From the human T2T-CHM13v2.0 reference genome, Homo sapiens: a stretch of 64,000 nucleotides of DNA. The position numbers and the translations under genes are program-made. Below are positions 26,275 through 41,389 of this stretch, one piece after another. Below the pieces are notes generated by a model. That model was given only the letters and a program-made list of their open reading frames with translations. It was not told the DNA's origin and made no database searches. Each line of letters begins with the position of its first letter. Positions within the stretch are counted from its first letter, which is position 1. The stretch lies in assembly GCF_009914755.1 (NCBI RefSeq), contig NC_060934.1; one strand, given 5' to 3'.

Positions 26275-26586
26275 TTTTTTAATTTTAATTTTTATTTTTA
26301 TTTTTAGACATGGTCGCACTCTGTCATCCAGGCTGGAGTGAAGTGGAACAATCATAGCTCATTGCAGCCTTGACCTCCTAAGTTCAAGCGATCCTCCCAC
26401 CCCAGCCTCCTGAGTAGCTGGGACCACCAGCAAAAGCCACTACACCCAGATAATTTTTTAATTTTTTTTGTAAAGACAGGGTATTGCCGTTGCCCAGGCT
26501 GGTCTTGAACTCCTGGCCTCAAGCAATCCTCCCACCTTGGTCTCCCAAAGCACTAGGATTACTGGCACAAGCCACTGCCCCTGACC
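26275..26586 (-). mobile_element. AluJ
   Basis: Antisense dimer with J diagnostics (ATCATAGCTCATTGCAGCCTTGACCTCC; CTCCTGGCCTCAAGCAATCCTCCC). Confidence 0.95.
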
Positions 26587-27266
26587 TGCATCCTTTGACT
26601 TATATAGACTGAAGGGCTGGGCTGGGCTCCCCAAGCAGAAAAAAAGGCCCAGGTGCTTGGGGAGCCTCACCCCACTGCCTGCCTCCTCTTCAGAGGCATG
26701 AGAAAGGCCAAGGCCCCCTCCAGGCAGGCAGGAAAAGGCAATGACTCAGCACCTGAGTGCTGGTGCCAGGAGTGGCTGTCTAACCTGCTGCAGCTGCTAG
26801 AACACAGTGGACCCCAGAAGTCATGGCCCCACCTTGGCTTTAATTCTGCACATCGCATGTAACTCAGACCTAGTCATGGCCACTGCTGCCACACAGAAGC
26901 CATGCCAGAGCTGAAAAACACCTTCTGTCACCAGTCAAGCTCCGTGCTCTGCTGCAGTGGCTACTCCGAAGGTCCTGCCCTCTGCCTGCCAGGGCCAGCC
27001 CACACCAGGGGTCCACACAGGCTGACAGGTTGGGAGTAAAGCTCAGATTGCAGCCCCCTCCTGCTATGAAAAGCCCACTTCTGATGTCCTGGGGATGCCC
27101 CAGGGCCTGAGGACAAGAGAACCCACACAGGCTAGGCCTGGCATCCTCCCTGTCCGTTCCCTGGAGCCAGAAGTTGAGCCTGAGGACATGGCAGGGTGAG
27201 GGACAGCAGGGAAGAGGAACTCACCCTTGCTGAGACCCTACCATAGGCAGGGCAATCTGCTAGATA

Positions 27267-27890
27267 CTCATTCACTCATTCACTCCCTCATTCATTCATT
27301 CATTCATCCATTCATTCAACTAAGCACCTACTGGTCACCAAGCGCTTAAGATTCACCTGAGAACCAGACTTAGAACCTGTTCTCATGGAGCTCCATTCTA
27401 GCAGGAGAGAAAGCACTAAAAACTAAACAAGTAAATACATATACATCATGAGTGCCAGGTGAGAAGCTCTATGGAAAAACAGATCAGGAAATAGGAAATT
27501 GGGGCTTGTCATGGGTTTTAAGATGGGGCTTAAGATAGGTCTCACGGAGACAGTGAAGGTAGAAGGGAAGCCATATGAATGTCCCAGAAAGGGCGTTCAG
27601 GGTGGGGGGAACTGGGAGTGCAACGACTCTGAGGTCCTGAGGCTGGACCATACCTGGGGTGCTGCAGGAGCAAGGAGTAGGCCACTGTGGCTGAAGGGGA
27701 GGCACCCAGGGAGAAAGGGAGTAGATGAGGCCAAAATGAGACAAGATCATGAGGGTCTCTTGGGCTTCGACTCTGAGGGAAATGGGGAGCTATGGTGGGT
27801 TGTAAGCAAGAGTCACAGCCTCCCTTTATTTTCAAAGGCTCACTCTGACAATTGTGTTGGGAATAGAAGTATGGAGACCAGCCTGAAGTG
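27267..27890 (-). mobile_element. LINE-2
   Basis: (CATT)n tail, AGCACCTACT..., CTCATGGAGCTCCATTCTAG, typical L2 3' region. Confidence 0.8.
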
Positions 27891-28399
27891 CTAGCTTCAC
27901 CCAACCTGGCCACAACCTAGGGGTGTTACAGTGAGAGGGCCAAGGTCAGAGAGGTTAAGCAGCTCATCCCAGCTCACTCAGCCAGGATTGCAGAGCCAGG
28001 AATGCAATCCAGGTCTCCAGCTGTTGCCTCCACCCTTTTCTGCCTGGCATGGGATGAAGGGGTGGGATCCCCTCCCCCTGCCCCAGGCCCCGGGAAAACT
28101 CCAGCTACCCTCCCCTCTCCCCCCAACTCCTGTGGGTAAAGCACCCATCCCACCACGGGGAGCACACTCCAGCTATGACTTTAGGCAAAGAGGTTCCAAT
28201 AAATAGTAGCAGCTGCCTCAGAGGCTTCCATGAGATAATCTGGGAGGTGGGCAATCCTGGTGTCTGCAGAAGTTGCTGACGAGGACAGGGAGCGTGGTGA
28301 AAGCACTGCTGATGGCTTTCAGGAGGATCTGCTGTCCAGGGTGCCCAGGGGCTGCCCCTCCTCCTCTCCTCCTTCTACTCTATCAAATTCCCTCCTAGG

Positions 28400-28760
28400 A
28401 TCAGATATTAGAACATGAACTGCAGTGACAAGCAGCTGTACCAGGAGCTCCCTAGCTCCCTCGGTGACAGCAGCAGCAGTAATCAAGTAATGAAATGCAA
28501 TTACATGTTCAAACCAATCACCAATCCCTGCTGCACCTCCATAAGCACAGAGCATCCTGGGGCCTCCCCTCGTGCCTGGGCCCAGAGGCCCAATGTGGCA
28601 ATACATCTGGCAGAGGTGGGAGAAATAGAGCCGGCAGAGCGCGAAAACTCAATTTATAGATTACGGTAAAGCAAGTTTATGAGCACAAACTTTCAAACTA
28701 GCCCTGCTGGGAACGAAATCCATTTCATTTGGCTCTAGCTCTGAGATGAATCACTAAGCG
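28400..28760. promoter_or_regulatory. Candidate enhancer or conserved non-coding element
   Basis: TAAT/ATTA cluster, CCAATCACCAATC, TTTATAG/TTTATGA, GCGCGAAAA, TGAATCA in unique sequence. Confidence 0.45.
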
Positions 28761-28934
28761 AATGAGGATGGCAGAGTCTCCAGGAAGAATCCTTTTGCAC
28801 AGGAATGAAGAGGGACACCCAGGCCACCTCCTGAGAGATTACTGTGCATTCCCAAACATTGTAGAGGGTGGATCTCAGGGAGGGCAGCCAGGAGGTAGGG
28901 GTGACAGAATGGGCATTTCAAACACACACTTGCA

Positions 28935-29245
28935 CCACGGATGAACCTTGAAAACCTCATGCTAAGTGAAGTAAGCACGTCACAAAAGTACTATATGATT
29001 CCACTTGTATGAAATATCTGGAGTAGTCAAAGTCAGAAGGAGAGAAAGGAGAATGGTGGTTTTGCGGGGCTGGAGGAAGAAGGAATGGGGAGTCACTGTT
29101 TAAGGGCTATAGTATTTCTGTTTGGGAAAATGAAAAAGTTCTGGAGATGGATGGTGGTGATGGCTGCACAGAATGTGAATTAATGCTATTGAAATGTACA
29201 CTTAAAAATGGCTAAAATGGTAAATGTTATGTACATTTTAACAAA
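28935..29245 (+). mobile_element. L1MB 3' end
   Basis: GGATGAACCTTGAAAAC..ATGCTAAGTGAA; AAAAGTTCTGGAGATGGATGGTGGTGATGG; TGTACACTTAAAAATGG. Confidence 0.9.
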
Positions 29246-29363
29246 CACACACACATCCTTAGGACTCTACCTTAGGAAAATGTTCCAAATATGGACAAAA
29301 TTTCAAGCACAAGATGTTCATTGTGGCTTGTTATTATTATTATTATAGTAAAATGTCGGAGAG

Positions 29364-29791
<428 letters not shown>

Positions 29792-30938
29792 TTACCATGG
29801 CATGGTAATTATATGAAATGATGTGCCACATTATAAATCTCTTCTGCAACAAGGTCACCCAGTAAAAATGAATAGAGATCGGGCCAAAATGGTGGCCTGG
29901 GGTCACATTCTGCCTCTTCCCAATACAAAACCCTAAAAGTAACATAAACACTTTTTTAAAAATCCATAGCAGTGCTGAAAAACCAGAATGGGGTTCTTTC
30001 CTGCAGGAGCTGGATTTTTTAAAAAAGAAGAAGAATGAGGTTCTTACTAGGGCAGGAATCATGAAGAATGCTTGCAAGGCAGAAGGTTGATGGGTTCGGA
30101 TTGGAAATGGTACCACAGGGCAAAGCATATCCGGGAGAGGGCTGCCATGAAGCTGGCAGCTCCAATCTGGGAAGCCCAGCAAGTGAGGACCCAGAAGAAG
30201 CCCCAAATCAAATGTGAGGGTGGCTGGCAGGGCCATGATGCCAAGCAGTGACCTGCAAAAGCAACTGCCCGCAGGCAGAAGCAGGGAGTAGGGGAGACAG
30301 CCCTCGAGTGGCAACAACACACAGGAGGTCAGTGGAGCCCATACCCAAAGACTGGGATCTGCTCCAGCTGGCACCACAGTGCAGAGCTCTTCCCATCCAG
30401 TATGTGAGTTCAGCCTCACAGATAGGACAACAGAAACCTTCAAACACAAAGACAAGCAGGCAACCCAGAATCACCCACCTTATTAAGAAGATTACACGTC
30501 GAAAGAGGCACACCAAACTCATCTGCTAAACGAACGCACCCCTGAGGACTTGGGTACTAGGACAAGCAGAATGACACTTTGAACGAGAAAACAGAGAGAG
30601 GGGAGAGGCTATCACATCCATTTAAAACAAATGAACTAGATCTGGGAACCAAACATTTCATCATTAAAGTTTAAAAAGGGGCTGAATAGCAGCATGGAAC
30701 AGATGAAGATCAAATTAGTCACCTAGAGGGCTGAAACAGGAACTCTCCCAGATGGCACAAAAACCCAGAGATGGAAGGATAAAAGTAAATTAAAAGACAT
30801 GAAGGATATAAGCTCCAACCACCACCTAAAAGGAATTCCAAAAAGAGACCTGAGAGAATATGGGAAATTAGAAAAGAAAATGCAGAAACACACAAGTCCT
30901 CAGATTGACAGAACCTACCACATGCAAAGTAGAATTAT

Positions 30939-31257
30939 GTTTTGTTGTTGTTGTTGTTGTCGTTGTTGTTGTTGTTGTGACAGATTCTTGTTCTGTTGCA
31001 CAGGCTGGAGTGCAGTGGCATGATCTCGGGTCACTGCAACCTCCACCTCCTGGTTCAAGTGATTCTCCTGCCTCAGCCTCCCAAGCAGCTGGGACTAGAG
31101 GCACACGTCACCATGCCCAGCTAATTTTTGTATTTTTAGTAGATGTGGGGTTTCACCAAGTTGGCCAGGCTGGTCTCAAACTCCTGACCTCAGGTGATCC
31201 ACCCACCTTGGCCTCCCAAAGTGATGGGATTACAGGTGTGAGCCACCTTGCCCGGCC
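30939..31257 (-). mobile_element. AluSx with (TTG)n tail
   Basis: Antisense full dimer; degenerate TSD GAATTAT(G/T)TTTT. Confidence 0.96.
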
Positions 31258-31356
31258 TTGAATTATTTTTTTTTAAATAAAAATAAATAAATAAATAAAT
31301 AAATAATAAAAATAAATATTGGGCACAGAGTGGTGAAATTTCAAAATCCAAGGGAC

Positions 31357-31660
31357 AGCCAGGCACGGTGGCTCATGACTGTAATCCCAGCACTTTGGGA
31401 GGCCAAAGCAGGCAGATCACTTCAGGCCAGGAGTTCAAGACCAGCCTGACCAACATGGTGAAACCCCGTCTCTACTAAAAATACAAAAAAAAAAAGCTAG
31501 GTGTGGTGCCGCACACCTGTAATCCCAGCTCCTTGGGATGCCGAGGCAGGAGAATCACTTGAACCTGGGAGGTGCAGAAGTTGCAGTGAGCTGAGATCGC
31601 ACCACTGCACTCCAACCTGGGTTACAGAGCAAGACTCTATATGAAAAAGAAAACATAAAA
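31357..31660 (+). mobile_element. AluS
   Basis: Full dimer; TSD-like AAAATCCAAGGGA / AAAATCAAAGGGA. Confidence 0.96.
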
Positions 31661-32149
31661 ATCAAAGGGAGAAAGGAAAAATGCCAAATTATCCCAGAAA
31701 ACAACACAGCCTGCCTACAGAGGAGCAGAAGCTGCAGCAGTAGATGGCAACTTCTCGAGAGCCGGGGTGGCCTCTTTCCTAGCTGAAGGGATGTGGGGCT
31801 TCTCTTCACTCAGCCTCACTTTCTCTGCCTGTTAAGTGGGGAGCAGCCCCGACCTCACAGAGTTGTCAGCAGAATTAAATGACTTACTATGTATAAAGCA
31901 CTGGTGCAGAGCACACACTGTATTTGACTTAGCAGTCACTGTTCCTGAGGACATGGATGCATACAAGTCAATGAAACAATATCTCCAAAGAGCTTAGGAG
32001 AGAAATGGCATAAACCTTAAATTCTCTACTCAGCTTTTAGGAAGGAAACAGGCATTTTCAGAAATGTGAAGATACAGAAAATTCACCACCACAAACCCTC
32101 TTGGAAAGAATTACCAAACGGTATGCTCCAGCAACCACAAAAATGAATC

Positions 32150-32365
32150 CAGAGAGCAGAGAAGTGAGTGGCTGCCAGCGGCCGGGGGAGTGGAAATTGG
32201 AGTGACTGCTCAATGGGTACAGGGTCTCTTCTCAGGATAATGAAAATGTTCTGGAATTAGGTAGTGGCAATGGTTGCACAACATCGGAATGTACTGGAAG
32301 TCACTGAAGTGTATACTTTAAAATGGTTAAAATCATGTGATGTGCATTTTACCACAATTTTTAAA
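32150..32365 (+). mobile_element. L1MB 3' fragment
   Basis: GTGACTGCTCAATGGGTACAGGG...GAAAATGTTCTGGAATTAG...TATACTTTAAAATGGTTAA. Confidence 0.85.
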
Positions 32366-32443
32366 AATGAATCAAAGAACATAATGTGGAATGCAAAAGC
32401 AGTAGTGAGAAAAAACTAAAACTTATCATTAAAACTTTATTGA

Positions 32444-32736
<293 letters not shown>

Positions 32737-32956
32737 TTGGTTTTTATTAACTATTAAAATTTGGAACTAAAATCCCAGCTGGCCTCATGTTAGGTAGTGA
32801 TACAGCTCGGGGCAGAAGGACATTGAGGCATAGAAAGGTCTCAATTTGTTCCAGGAGACACTGATTATACGTTGAGAGACACGTGTAAACATAAAGGTAT
32901 CTTTAACATATAAGCAGTCACTAGAAAAACAAACATGTAATGTATTATTGAACCCT

Positions 32957-33141
32957 TAGTGGATGGCTCTCCACTGGGAGAAAGGGGGAGGGGACTTTTT
33001 GGTTGTCACAAGACGGTTGGAGTCTGCTGTAGCTTAGTGTCCAGGGTGAGGGATGCCAAACGCCCTGTGGTGCAGCAAAGACTCCCACAGCCCAAGGAAC
33101 AGTCCCACCCAAAGGACACAGGGCCGCTGTTGAGAAAACTG
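32957..33141 (+). mobile_element. MER20 (hAT MITE)
   Basis: TTTTTGGTTGTCACAA...AGGGATGC..AAAC...GTTGAGAAAACTG matches MER20. Confidence 0.75.
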
Positions 33142-35398
33142 CTTTAAGGAAAAAAACCTGGACAAAGAAAACACAGTTGATTCAATAAAAGGCAGGAAAG
33201 GGCAAAAGTAGCACAAGAAAGCATAGCAAACAAGAAACACAAAATAAAATGGCAAAGAAAAGTCCAGGCATATCAATCATCTCAATAAAAGTAAATAGAT
33301 TAAGTTATGCTAATAAAATCTTCAAAAAAAATGAAATTTTTTTCATCATGACATAACTTTTTTTTTTGACATAACTTTTTACAAAAGATACAAAACAAAC
33401 ACCCAGGAAGGTTCAAGATAATAGGATGAGAAAAACAACACCTAGCAAAAAATAACCAGAAAAAGGGGCTGTTTATCAGACAAAATAGAATTCAAGGTGG
33501 AAGCACTCAAAGGAACAGGGAGAGTTCATTTTGATAAAAGACACCATCTACACCAAAAATATAAGTCATGACACTATATGAACCTTGCAACACAGCTTCA
33601 AAATAGATAAGGCAAAATTAACAATAATTGAAGGGGAAACCAACCAATCCACAATCTTAAAGATGATTTTAACATTTTTCTTTCAGATTCAGTGAGCAAA
33701 AAATAATATGAAAGATTTGCACATCTCACTTGTATACGTTTACCTAACAATATTGTATTAAATACTTACATTCTAAGTTCTGGTTTAAAGTTCTGCATAT
33801 ATTAACTAATATCATCCTTACACACTACCATGAAGTAGGCACTACTGTCCCACGCATTGTACACAATGAAACTGATTTCCAGCAACTCACTCACCATCCT
33901 GCGGCCAGCAGGAGGCAGGGCTAGGGTTCCAGTCAGGAACTGGCCCCAAAGCCCGTACACTCAACCTCCACTTATGCTCCCTCTCGAGACCCAAAAGAGA
34001 CAGCACAGTCTTCCATGTACACCCAACTTTCCACAGTATAAATCTCAGTAAAATCCTTAAGAAAAAGGTATTCAAAAATTCATTGTGCATTAATGAAGTC
34101 CAATGCAATAAGACTAGGAATTAACAATAAAAGAAACCTCCTTCCCAATCTATCTACTTAGAACACTTAAAACATTCTTTTTTATACCTGCTGGCTTAAA
34201 AGAACATAACAAGAGAAATTTCAAACTATTCAGAAATTAATTTGAATTGAGCACCTATTGGAATGTGGCTAAAATCATACTCTTTGTAAAATTCTTGGTA
34301 AACTAGGGATCAAAAGTAACAACCCTAACCTGATAAAGGACATCTCCTAGAAACCTACAACAAGCATCACACTTAACTGGGAAACTGTAGAATGTTCTAC
34401 CACTAAAAATATTTAGCATTGTCCCAGACAACGTGACAGCACCTGAAAAAGAAATATGGACAAGTGTTGAAAAAGGACAGACAAAATTGACATAATTTGT
34501 AGCAAATATAGGTATCTACCTATGAACTCCAAGAGAATTAACTAATAAACTATTGGAACTCATACAAGAGTTCAGCAAAACTCAAGGATATAAAATCAAT
34601 ATGCAAAAATCAATAGCTTTCGTGTATGGGAGCACTCCCAATTAGAAAATGTAATCTAAAAGAAAGCTCATTTGTATTAGAAATAAAATCAATAAAATCC
34701 CTGGGGATAAACCTAGTAAGAAATGGGCAGGACCTACACAAAGAAAAACATACAACTTTACTAAAAGCATTAAAGAGACCCAAAATAAATGGGGAGACAC
34801 ACTATGCCCCGGGTTGGTAACTGTTCATATTATGAAGATGGGAGCTCCTGCCTTATCTATGTATTCAAAGCACCCACTGACAGACATATATTTTCATGTA
34901 TAATTGCCAACAGTAGTGGATGAGAAGTAGCTAGTGTCTACTCACAAGAATTGCATGTGTTTACTGAGCACTTATTTACCTAATCAAATGTATGAAAGTT
35001 TGAAGAAGGGTAAAACGGTCTGAACCACATGAACAAATTCTGAAAAATCGGAGGGAAACTTTAATGAAAAAGTAGAAGGCAGCTCAAATCGTCCATAAGA
35101 CCAAAATTAAAATTTAAAGCCATAGAGAGACCAAAGAGCATCAAATAAAGAGAAGAACAATTTGCCATTGGAAGAGAAGCAATGGAGTACTGTTGGACCA
35201 AGCAAATGGTGCCAGGTTGCAATAATCAGGGAGCTGAAGTCCCATGGATGCACATAATGTCGGAGGTGTGGGCCACAGCTGTGGGCACATCACGTGGTAA
35301 ATTGGAGACGAGAGTGGAGCAGGTGCCAGGTTACCCAGGAGGAAACCAGCCAAGTGGGGCCCTAAAACAAGAACACATTTTTAAAAGAATTTTATTTT

Positions 35399-35793
<395 letters not shown>

Positions 35794-38700
35794 TTAGATA
35801 TGGAGCCTAAAATCCCACTGCTTAGAGGATCCAAGGGTCTTGCTGTAACACTGGTTATATATTAGTTATCTCTACCCAGCATGCCCTCATCAGGACGGCA
35901 GACTTTACTCTGCCCACTGCCAGAGACCCCACCATTGGACAACAGCATCTTAAAGAATTTCCCCAAGCAGCCAAAAAGCAGAGCAAACCCACATGAGAAC
36001 AATAGCACTCACAATCAATCAATGCCAATATTGAGTCATGGACACCTATATACTGCTCTTTCGGAAGTTTTATCACTGAGCTCATTAAATGCTGTATCTT
36101 ACTGGAGAAGAATGCCATTGTTAATTGTGTTTGCAGTGAACTCTTAGGATAAATAAATTAAACAAGATGATATTTCTGTTAACAAGATCTGCTAGAACTG
36201 CATGTGTTAGGTAGAAGAGAAGGCTCACAGTAATTAGGGAAATGGAAAAGAAAATAACAATGAGGTACCGCCTATCAGCCATTGGACTGACAAAAATTAA
36301 GACTGATAATATCAAGTGCTGGCAAGAATGTGAAAAAGTGGGTGCTCTTCTTACCCTGTCGCTGGGTGTGCAAATTGATTCCACTTTCTGGAAGACAATT
36401 TGGCAGAAGCCATTTTTAAATTAAATGTGCATGTTATTCAGACAAGCAATTCCACAACTTAGAGTCCACCTAGATACATAGGCATATATAAGGATTTCCA
36501 TGACAATATGGTTTGTTATTGTGCAAATTAAAAACAACCTAACTATCTATTAAGGGGGGTATCTGTTAAATATGTATTCACAGTTTCATGTATGTCATGA
36601 AACTCTGTTTGAAATGTGGTGGATTTATATGAAATAGCACAGCAAGCTCACCAAGACATTGGTGCATGAAAAGAAGCAAGTGCAGTAAATAGGTGTAGTC
36701 AGCATTATTTATATATACAAAACACACAAAAAGAAAGCAAAACTCTTTATTCTGTTATGTGTGTAGGTTACATTTCTCTAAATGTAAACACAGAGGGAAA
36801 GTTCTGCTGGAATATAGAGCAAGCTGATTTCAGTTTTCCCTCTGAGGCAGGAAACGGGCCTTTTGTTTCTTTTAATTATTTCTTCAGTCTTTCATAATGA
36901 GATGTGTTTGTGTATTATTTGTGACATTTAAAGAAATAAAAGTGTTAAAGTTGAAGGCTGAAGACAAAATTGAGTGAATGGTATGCGCTCAGCCATGTGA
37001 AGAAGTCTGCAAGAGGAGAGGCTGGAAGCCATGAGCAGCGGTGCTCTGCATGGCTGGGTTCCTGGCAGCATTTATCTTGCCAGGTACCGAAGCACTTTCA
37101 TGGGCTTTTCCGCATGTCCTCATTTTTCCGTGATCCTCGCATATTGCTTTTACAATCAGAAAAATTCAGGAAGCACTTTTATGTGCAGCTGGCTGGTGCC
37201 CCACTCTCCATTAAGGAGAGGTTCCCTATAGATTATCTCACATCCCCAGAAATGATTCACAGGTCAAGAGTGAGCCTTGGAACTCTATGTGTGCTTGGCA
37301 AGAACCCCGTTCCCCCCTCCACCCCCACCAACATGCTCAGACTCACCTTTCCTGTAAGCTGTGAGACTCCCAGGACTTGGGGACTCTGCATGAGGCCCTT
37401 TAGCTCTAAGGCCCTCCCAGGACCCCCGGGTCACCCCACCCCCAGCCTCTACCTCCCTGTATAGCACTTGACAAGAGAGTAAGTCCAAGACCTGGGATTT
37501 TGAGGGCTGAACTGGGGACACCCAAGGCTATAAGGACTGAGTGTCTTTCAAGCCCAAAAGCCCTGTCACTATGGGCTGGGTGACCATATCCAAGAAGGCC
37601 AGGAGGAAAGCAAAGCCCTGGCTCAGAGAAAGAAGCAGGGGTGTGAGACAAATATCCGCCAGCATTGCCTCCCACATGCAGGGACAGCTTCAGGGCATCC
37701 CTCCCGAGCCCTCTAATGTAAAGTGATAAAGCGGCTGCCTGGTTCCCTTGCCCTGGCCAGCCCCGCTGACCACAGACATGCATGCTGCCTGCTGCAGGGT
37801 CCACCAGGTTGCCTTGGCCAGGCTGCCTCTCCCCAGCTGTCATACCATGGGCCCTCCTCTAGGGCCCTCCAAGGCAAGTGAACATGCTGTGGTTACAAAC
37901 AACCGCCAACCCCAACTAGCCAGATGTCTACAGCCCATGTGGTTACTGGGTGAATACCCCAATATGCCTCCATGGAAGCCAGGAGGAAGGGGGCCCGCTG
38001 ATGTCCATGGACCAGAGCCTGAGAAGGGCTTTGGCAAGGAGCCCCCTGCCTACTGGTGAAAGGATAGGGGTGGGCCGAGTGTGCAGACTCCCTCAGCTGG
38101 CAATGAGAGAATGACCCAAATGACCTTTCTGAACATATATGCTACCTTCTGTGACCATCCCCTGGTCCACACTCACTGACTGACCCCTGACCCCCAACCA
38201 GCCAACTGGCAGAACCCAGAGGTCCCAGACACAAAGTCTCAGCAGAAGGGCCCTGCTGGGGGTCTCTGCTCAAATTGGCCTGCCAGTCTACCCCTGCTCA
38301 TGCTCTGGACAACTCAGAATCCAACCCCAAGGACCCAGAGCCTGGATCTTCCTTATGAAGTTGGAGGTGGCCACCTCCCTTGAAGCAAACCAGGCCACAT
38401 CACAGTTTGGCATCACTGGTGCCCTTCCAGGCCAGCCTGTGAGGCCAAGCATGACCCACCCCAGATACTGACCACCACGGCCCTCTCCTCAGCTCCTGTG
38501 CCACTTCCCACACTCTGATCTCGAGGATGGGCTCCCTCCCTGCATGCTGAGCTAGCCAGCAGGACTTTCCTCCCCTCATTGCCTCCCCACAAAGTCCTTC
38601 CCCTCCCCCATCCCAGTAGCGTCAGGCATCAGGGCCTGTATCATGGACGAGACCGTGACTCCCCCAGGGCAGGAGCGCATCTCTGTTTCCTCTGCATCCC

Positions 38701-41389
38701 CAGCCCCGGGGAGGGCCTCAGCCCTTCCTGCTGACCCCAGACTCACCATTCCCATCTCGGGGGTGGTTCACACCCTTCCCTCTTGCAGTGCGCCAATTTC
38801 CCTTCCTCCCTACCTTCTTACCAGCCTTCCTTGGGGCTCCTCTCCCCTCAAGCTCCTCAGGCAGGCAAAGGAGGCCTCTGCAGAAGGCAGGAGGTCCTGG
38901 CCACCCCACAAGTTTGGACGCTGGGTCCAGCAGGCTGGCAATGCCACCAGGGCTGGACACGTTTCCCTCTTTCAGTTCCCCTCCAGCAAGCCCACCCACA
39001 GCCCAGGGCTCAAGACAGATGGCCAGGAGCAGACCCCTGGAGACTGCACAGTCACATTGATGGTGGATGCGCCCATTTCCAAGCCCTGACCAAGCACCGG
39101 GAACAGCATCTCACCCCGTTCTTGCCCCAACCACAGGCTGCCATCAGGATCCGTCCCCACAGCGCCGAGCAGCAAGTAGAGGCCAAGATCACCTTCATAC
39201 TTTGTGTGAGGCCACATAGCCAGGAAGAGGAGAAGCTAGAAAATAATCCTGGTGTGGCTCACAGCAAATCTCAGGTGAGGCCAGATGCCGAGGGAAGTAG
39301 GTTTCCTGGCAAATACAAGCCACATAAGACAGGAGCAGCACGTCCAGGAAGCCCGCTGCACATGGGCACACCACAGACCTGGTACAACTGCCCTGGCAGG
39401 TGATGGCTCATCTCACAGACGTCACCTTGCAGGAGCTTAGCCTCAGAGAGCTAGGGGACCACAGCAAGTTCCCGCAGCCAAGGGGCAGGAGGGCCTGGAG
39501 GCCAGGACTAGTGAGCAAGGAAGGAACAGGAAGGGCAGGCTGCATGCCCCAGGCCTCCCCAGGAACACCATGAGAGAAGGGCCACCAGGGTCCCACCATA
39601 AACAATCCAGGGAGGCTGTGGCAGGGATGGCACATGCAGGAGGCATCTGGAAGCCCATCGCTGATCATCGTCACCCATGTAGAGCTGCTGGCTTGGCCTG
39701 GCTCACGGGATGTGTTGCTAATTCCACCTTTCCCCCATCCCTCACCTCTCTGCCAGCCGCCCAGAGTATCATGGCCTCTTTAAGTGGCTCCTAGGTTCTC
39801 ACTGGGCATTCCAGCCTTGGACTCCCATGCTAGACAGCCCTGGCTGGGGCAGGAGGCACACAGAGCCGTCCTGACAGGGCCTCCCAGCCTGCAGAGCCCC
39901 CCTTCCCCAACTACCCAGGGAGGCCACTACCTGCTGAGCCTGAGCAGCTCCGTGTGCAGCCAAGGGGGTGGCCCAGAGCAGTATGTGGGCTTGGTAGCAA
40001 TTGTGATGCCCCCACCCTCTCCACAAGGTGTACAAAGTGCCCACAACCCCATTGGAAGCTGGAGGGCTGGAGTCAACACAGTGCCAGACATTCCACCAGT
40101 GCCCTCCACTGGACAGGGCTGGAGAGACAGAGACTCCTAGTCTCCCCAAAACACTGACTTGGGACCCCAGGAGCAGGGGGAACAGAAAGAGTTCAGACTT
40201 TGGGGTCACCAAGCCTGGGTCCCCAGCTCAGCAGTCACTTCTATCCCAGTTCTGGTCCCTGGGGCAGGTACCAAGTGTCTGAGTTTCCATTTCCTCATCT
40301 GCAGACAAGTTGCCATGAGAAACATACACCTACTGCTAGTAACTGGTCTGGCACAGAACAAGCGCTCAGTAAAAGCAAAGCCACTGCCTATTCTCCAGTG
40401 ATGAGCATCCAGCCGCTGTCTCTGCCAGGTCAGACTGGGAACTGTATGGTGTGCAGAGATGTATCAGACACGGGCCTACTGCCTGAGACACTGGCCATCC
40501 TGTTGGACAGGAATGACACAGAAAGCAGAAACCGACAGTCAGGACAGACCAGACGGAGGCTGCAGGGCTCAGGGCACGCCTGCAACACCACAGCACCTGC
40601 CAATGTGAGACCATTCATTTCAGAGATGGGAAACCCGGAGTCCAGGCCAGGGGTGACTTCCCCGAGGTCATGCAGCTGGCCAATGGCAGGGTGGGGCCCA
40701 GAGGGGCCGTCCCTGGCCTCTCCACCCCCATGGCTGGATTGGCTTCCTAACAGCCCCTCCTTGACCCCTCCAGAATCCAGGCCAACTTCCTGCTGGAGGA
40801 GGGGGCTGCCCCAGGACGGTGAAGGGAGGGCAAGAACAGCCCCTGGAGAGGAAGAGGATGCATTCCTGAAGGAGAATTCTAGACGGACCCCCTAGGATTC
40901 AGCGGCATGAGGTATGAAGGGTCCAACCCTCTCCCTGCAGCTCAGAACGCCTCTGAAGGGCCACTCAGCCTCAGAGCTCCCAGGGGTCTGCTGGGGCTTC
41001 CCCTGGGATGGCCTCTCACCCCTTGGCTTGTGTCCTGCCTGGCCTGACTCCTTTCCCTGCCTTCCCCAGGTGAAGATCCCAATGTCACCCCCAATAAGCC
41101 TCCTAAAAGCCAAACTCCCACTTGAACTCAGCTCCCTGGAATTGACACTGTGTCCCAGGCCCCTGCCTCATCCCCTCTGGGGCTTCCTTCCCTGCCTTCC
41201 CACAGTGACTCCCGAAGTGATGCCTCCAGCACACCCCTCTCCTCCTGAGGCTTCACCCAGGTCCCCCAAGTACCCCAAACTCCATGGTCTACACCGACCT
41301 CACATCTTCCCCTGCTCCTCCCTGACTCCTCATCTCAAAGATGGCCTCCCTGAGGCCCAAGCGTAGACGTGACCTTCACCCTGATCTTC

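Noticed and set aside
40200-40895. 231-aa ORF
   Set aside because: Non-ATG start, overlaps MIR-like sequence, composition typical of chance ORFs in GC-rich DNA
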